This document shows positions 60,709 through 64,000 of a DNA stretch of 64,000 bases, piece after piece; position 1 is the stretch's first letter, and each line of letters begins with the position of its first letter. The stretch comes from an uncultured virus (IMG/VR IMGVR_UViG_3300025871_000494) (taxonomy: Duplodnaviria > Heunggongvirae > Uroviricota > Caudoviricetes): the IMG/VR virus record IMGVR_UViG_3300025871_000494; one strand, written 5' to 3'. Made by a program: the position numbers and the translations under genes. The notes beneath the pieces are model-generated. The model was given only the letters and a program-made list of their open reading frames with translations. It made no database searches and had not been told where the DNA came from.

Positions 60709-61938
60709 ATGAACCAATTATACTTCCCAGGAAGAGTAGTAGATTTATATAGTGAAGATTACCAGTATCTTCAAGATAATGTTTCTACAGAGGTATTAAA
60801 AATACTAAAAAGTATAGTATCTGGTGAACTTTCTTCTTCTATTATTAAAAACTTTGTTTTACGTGTAGATCCTTCCAATAATCTATATTTAGAAGTAACG
60901 CAAAATAGTGGTACTGGGTTAGTAATAACCAATAGTGGTCTTTTAATAGAATATAATTCAGATATTTCGAGTATTGCAGTATCAGATGCTACCTATGGAA
61001 CTGTTAATAATGTATATGCAAAGTGTTCATATGTATATGGATCATATAATAGAAAAACAGAAACTATTGTAGAAGGCGAGAAAAAAGCAGTAGATTTATA
61101 TGACGGAACGCTTATTTACAATAGAAAGATAGAAGATTTAGAAATTGTAGTATATACTGTTGCAGAATATAATGCTTTGACTGCCGCACAAAAAGCAGAG
61201 TTAGTATTTTTAGGTTCTACTATTGCACAAGGATCTGGTAATCCATTATTATCTGTTGATTTGAGTTCTGTAACGTATTTTGCTATAGATGTAGTAGAAT
61301 CAGAAATACCTGCAGGGGCAGAAGACGACGAATTTTATGGAACAGCAGATAACCTAGAAGAAGAACTTAATAGAATAAGAACAGAAATTAGAAATATTAA
61401 ACAATCACCTGATTGGGATACTTATCAGATAGGTATATCTGCATCAGACCCAGATATGAATAAACTGCATTTATCCGGTGTAGCACCTAATGTTTATGAA
61501 CAATTTGATTATGAATTAACAAGTAGCGGAACAGCTATTAGAATTAAGACGGGAAAAGCAATTGTAAATGGTGCTACTGTTATAACCTATTCTAATACAG
61601 ATTTTAATATTGTTGAACAAGGTCAAGTTTATATTGGTAATTATACAGCTAGAACTAATCCAGAAACACACATAGTAGGAAATACACAACCAGTAACATT
61701 TACTCTAGCTTATTCACCTGTAAGTAATGTACACTTAATAGAACAATCAAGCGGTAACGCTTTTATTGAGGGTGTAGACTATACTATAAATACCAGCACA
61801 GGCGAAGTTACAACTATCGTTGGCGGAAATATAATGAACGAAACGGTAGATTGTTATTATAGCTATCCTGGAAATAGATGTGATTTAATAGGAGTAAATA
61901 ATTCTGAATTTGAACGAAACGGTAGATTGTTATTATAG
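60709..61938 (+). CDS. Long tail fibre, N-terminal (baseplate-attachment) part; apparent stop is caused by a 76-bp duplication
   Basis: GGAG RBS; F.G.V......Q.LQ start; FIEGVDYTINTSTGEVT Ig-like motif; frame breaks at the duplicated segment. Confidence 0.65.
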   Translation: MNQLYFPGRVVDLYSEDYQYLQDNVSTEVLKILKSIVSGELSSSIIKNFVLRVDPSNNLYLEVTQNSGTGLVITNSGLLIEYNSDISSIAVSDATYGTVNNVYAKCSYVYGSYNRKTETIVEGEKKAVDLYDGTLIYNRKIEDLEIVVYTVAEYNALTAAQKAELVFLGSTIAQGSGNPLLSVDLSSVTYFAIDVVESEIPAGAEDDEFYGTADNLEEELNRIRTEIRNIKQSPDWDTYQIGISASDPDMNKLHLSGVAPNVYEQFDYELTSSGTAIRIKTGKAIVNGATVITYSNTDFNIVEQGQVYIGNYTARTNPETHIVGNTQPVTFTLAYSPVSNVHLIEQSSGNAFIEGVDYTINTSTGEVTTIVGGNIMNETVDCYYSYPGNRCDLIGVNNSEFERNGRLLL

Positions 61939-61986
61939 CTATCCTGGAAATAGATGTGATTTAATAGGAGTAAATAATTCTGAATT
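61835..61986 (+). repeat. Perfect 76-bp tandem duplication causing a frameshift
   Basis: 61835-61910 is identical to 61911-61986 (tgaacgaaacggtag...aattctgaatt). Confidence 0.95.
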
Positions 61987-64000
61987 AGTATATGAAATAG
62001 GAACAGGAGATCCTGCAGAAACTTCTAGTGTTCTAAGAGTAACAAGTACAGGTATTCTTCCTTTATGGATCCTTTACCTACAATCAGGAGAAACCAGCTT
62101 AGTAGATGCTAGGGTTATTGATGCTAGAACATATTTACAACCAGTAAAAGAAACTCGTCAGTTAGATTATTCAACTATTTCTCTATATCCTACCGATGGT
62201 AAAATATCCTTTACAGATTCGACCACAGGAGCAATATCCAGTACAGGTTATACTATAACTAGTACAGGTATTACAAGTACGGGGGTTTATTCTTATCTAA
62301 CAGTAACTAATAGCGTAGATATAACTTCATACATGTTTACTAGAGAAAACGATTTTGTGTGGATACTTTGTCGACCAGTAGTTACTACGTATTACCCAGT
62401 AATAGATGACACTGTATATTTAAGACTATCCTATGAGACCTCACCCGGTAGTGGTACTTTAGATGGTATTTCTACTATTAAACTACCAACAACTACTTTT
62501 GCTAGCAATATTTTCATACCATTACTTTTTAAAGATACTGAAATAGCAGAAGGTATTACTAGATTTAAAATCTCTATTTCTAGAGGATCTCAATTCGATT
62601 TTTCGTGTATTCTTATAGGAAATAGCGATTTATTCTATCAATCTTCTTTAATAGAAGGATTATTAAGTAACTTAGAGGCATACGTAAACCGTGGAGATAT
62701 TTCCACAAGTATATTTAGTAATATTTTTATTGGGCCAATGTCTTTTATTTCTAATATATCTAGCATTCATAATATTGCAATAGGACCTGCGTCTCTAACG
62801 GCTAATACCTTTGGTAACAAAAATATAGGTCTAGGTGCCAGTACTTTAATGGCAAACACCTTTGGAAGCAATAATATTGCAATGGGATTTCAAGCTTTGG
62901 GTGCAAACATTTCAGGGGATTCTAATATAGCTATTGGTCCTTCTACAATATCTCTAGGTGAGAATGCATCTTATAATATTGCTATGGGTGACGAAGCCTT
63001 AAGAAACTGCGGTGGTGATGCCACCCAAAACATTGCTTTGGGTTATCGAGCAATGCGTAGTAATTATTCAGGCAGATTTAATGTTGCAATTGGGAATTCT
63101 GCATTGTATTACAACACATATGGTTCGCATAATGTAGCAATAGGATCTAATGCCCTAGAACGCTTAGCATATAATGGTAGTACAGATAGATATAATGTAG
63201 CAATAGGATCTAGTGCACTAGGATTGCATAATGAGGGTGATTTAAATACTGCTGTAGGGTATGTATCTCTATATTCACACACAACTGGTAATTATAATAC
63301 TGCGATAGGATCTTATTCTCTTTATAGTAGTCAAAGCACACAAGGAAGTATTGGAATTGGATATTATGCTGGGTACTATAATACAAGTTCAAATAAATTA
63401 TTTGTTCATAATCAAGATACTGGTTCTTTAAGTGGTGATCTTTCTAGATCGCTTATAGTAGGTACCTTTGATAGTGTTTCTGCAAATCAAAATGTTACTA
63501 TTAATGGTTCTTTAAATGTTGGTCATAATGTTTCTATTGCTGGCGGTTTGGAAGTTGATAGAATTAATTGGACTTTTTTCTCACTTATTGCCAGGGAACT
63601 AACTATTTCGGGTAATGTCGCTTATCCAGGTTTATGTGCTTTAAATGGGACAGATGTTGCTCTTATAGATAGTAATATGGATAGATTACGCCGTTTTCGT
63701 TTTGATGGTCTTACTTGGACATCTATTGGTAGTGAATTAAATATTGCTCCTTCTGCTGAAGCTTATATATGTTCTTTAAATGAAACAGATGTTGCAGCAT
63801 GTGATTATACTTTTGGTATAAGAACATATAGATTCACCGGGACTACCTGGACAACAGTTGGTACTACATTATCAATATCTGGTGGTCTGGGACATTCTGC
63901 AATATGTTCTTTAAATGCAACAGACATTGCTATTACAGATGCTGTTTCCAATAGTTTAAGAACTTTTCGTTTTAATGGAACAACTTGGACATCTGTTGGT
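61910..64000 (+). CDS. Long tail fibre, C-terminal part (NxAIG beta-roll repeats then propeller-like repeats); runs off window; not in ORF track
   Basis: Frame open from 61910 to 64000: ...HNIAIG, NIAMG, FNVAIG, YNTAIG repeats; then C(A/S)LN.TD(V/I)A...R.(F/Y)RF.G.TWT.(I/V)G x3. Confidence 0.75.
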   Translation, partial: MNETVDCYYSYPGNRCDLIGVNNSELVYEIGTGDPAETSSVLRVTSTGILPLWILYLQSGETSLVDARVIDARTYLQPVKETRQLDYSTISLYPTDGKISFTDSTTGAISSTGYTITSTGITSTGVYSYLTVTNSVDITSYMFTRENDFVWILCRPVVTTYYPVIDDTVYLRLSYETSPGSGTLDGISTIKLPTTTFASNIFIPLLFKDTEIAEGITRFKISISRGSQFDFSCILIGNSDLFYQSSLIEGLLSNLEAYVNRGDISTSIFSNIFIGPMSFISNISSIHNIAIGPASLTANTFGNKNIGLGASTLMANTFGSNNIAMGFQALGANISGDSNIAIGPSTISLGENASYNIAMGDEALRNCGGDATQNIALGYRAMRSNYSGRFNVAIGNSALYYNTYGSHNVAIGSNALERLAYNGSTDRYNVAIGSSALGLHNEGDLNTAVGYVSLYSHTTGNYNTAIGSYSLYSSQSTQGSIGIGYYAGYYNTSSNKLFVHNQDTGSLSGDLSRSLIVGTFDSVSANQNVTINGSLNVGHNVSIAGGLEVDRINWTFFSLIARELTISGNVAYPGLCALNGTDVALIDSNMDRLRRFRFDGLTWTSIGSELNIAPSAEAYICSLNETDVAACDYTFGIRTYRFTGTTWTTVGTTLSISGGLGHSAICSLNATDIAITDAVSNSLRTFRFNGTTWTSVG

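Noticed and set aside
61835..61986. CRISPR array or DGR template/variable repeat
   Set aside because: Two adjacent identical copies with no spacers, no adenine-specific differences and no reverse transcriptase in the window
3023..63392. Short minus-strand and nested ORFs from the track (e.g. 23413..23877, 31602..31988)
   Set aside because: They overlap well-supported plus-strand genes and lack recognisable motifs; treated as shadow ORFs
1..64000. tRNA, rRNA or intron RNAs
   Set aside because: Intergenic gaps are short and AT-rich; no cloverleaf or intron core motifs were recognised by eye

Overview
The window is an AT-rich (roughly 30% GC by eye), almost entirely plus-strand, gene-dense segment of a large contractile-tailed (myovirus/jumbo-type) phage genome. 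From left to right it carries: fibre/lectin-like virion proteins (1-11.8 kb); a 5'-nucleotidase; an HNH homing endonuclease; neck and tail-terminator candidates; tail sheath; a Hef-like endonuclease; tail tube; a G/GT chaperone pair with an A-AAA-AAC -1 frameshift site; tape measure; baseplate hub, spike, gp25-like and J-like wedge; then a ~24 kb block of 24 glycan-biosynthesis-type genes (36.5-60.6 kb); and a long tail fibre running off the right edge. The glycan block holds about 11 glycosyltransferase-type genes (including a Maf-family protein), plus nucleotide-sugar enzymes, an amidotransferase, a radical SAM enzyme and methyltransferases. It is interleaved with baseplate and fibre genes and has no recognisable flippase, polymerase or lipid-carrier initiating enzyme. 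The main hypothesis is a phage-encoded virion O-glycosylation system. A [T/S]-S-T-G tetrapeptide recurs about 27 times (manual count) with varied codons in likely surface-exposed virion proteins, and was not seen in tube, tape measure, hub, spike or the enzymes, so it may be the acceptor sequon. All annotations come from motif recognition and synteny only; no searches were run.
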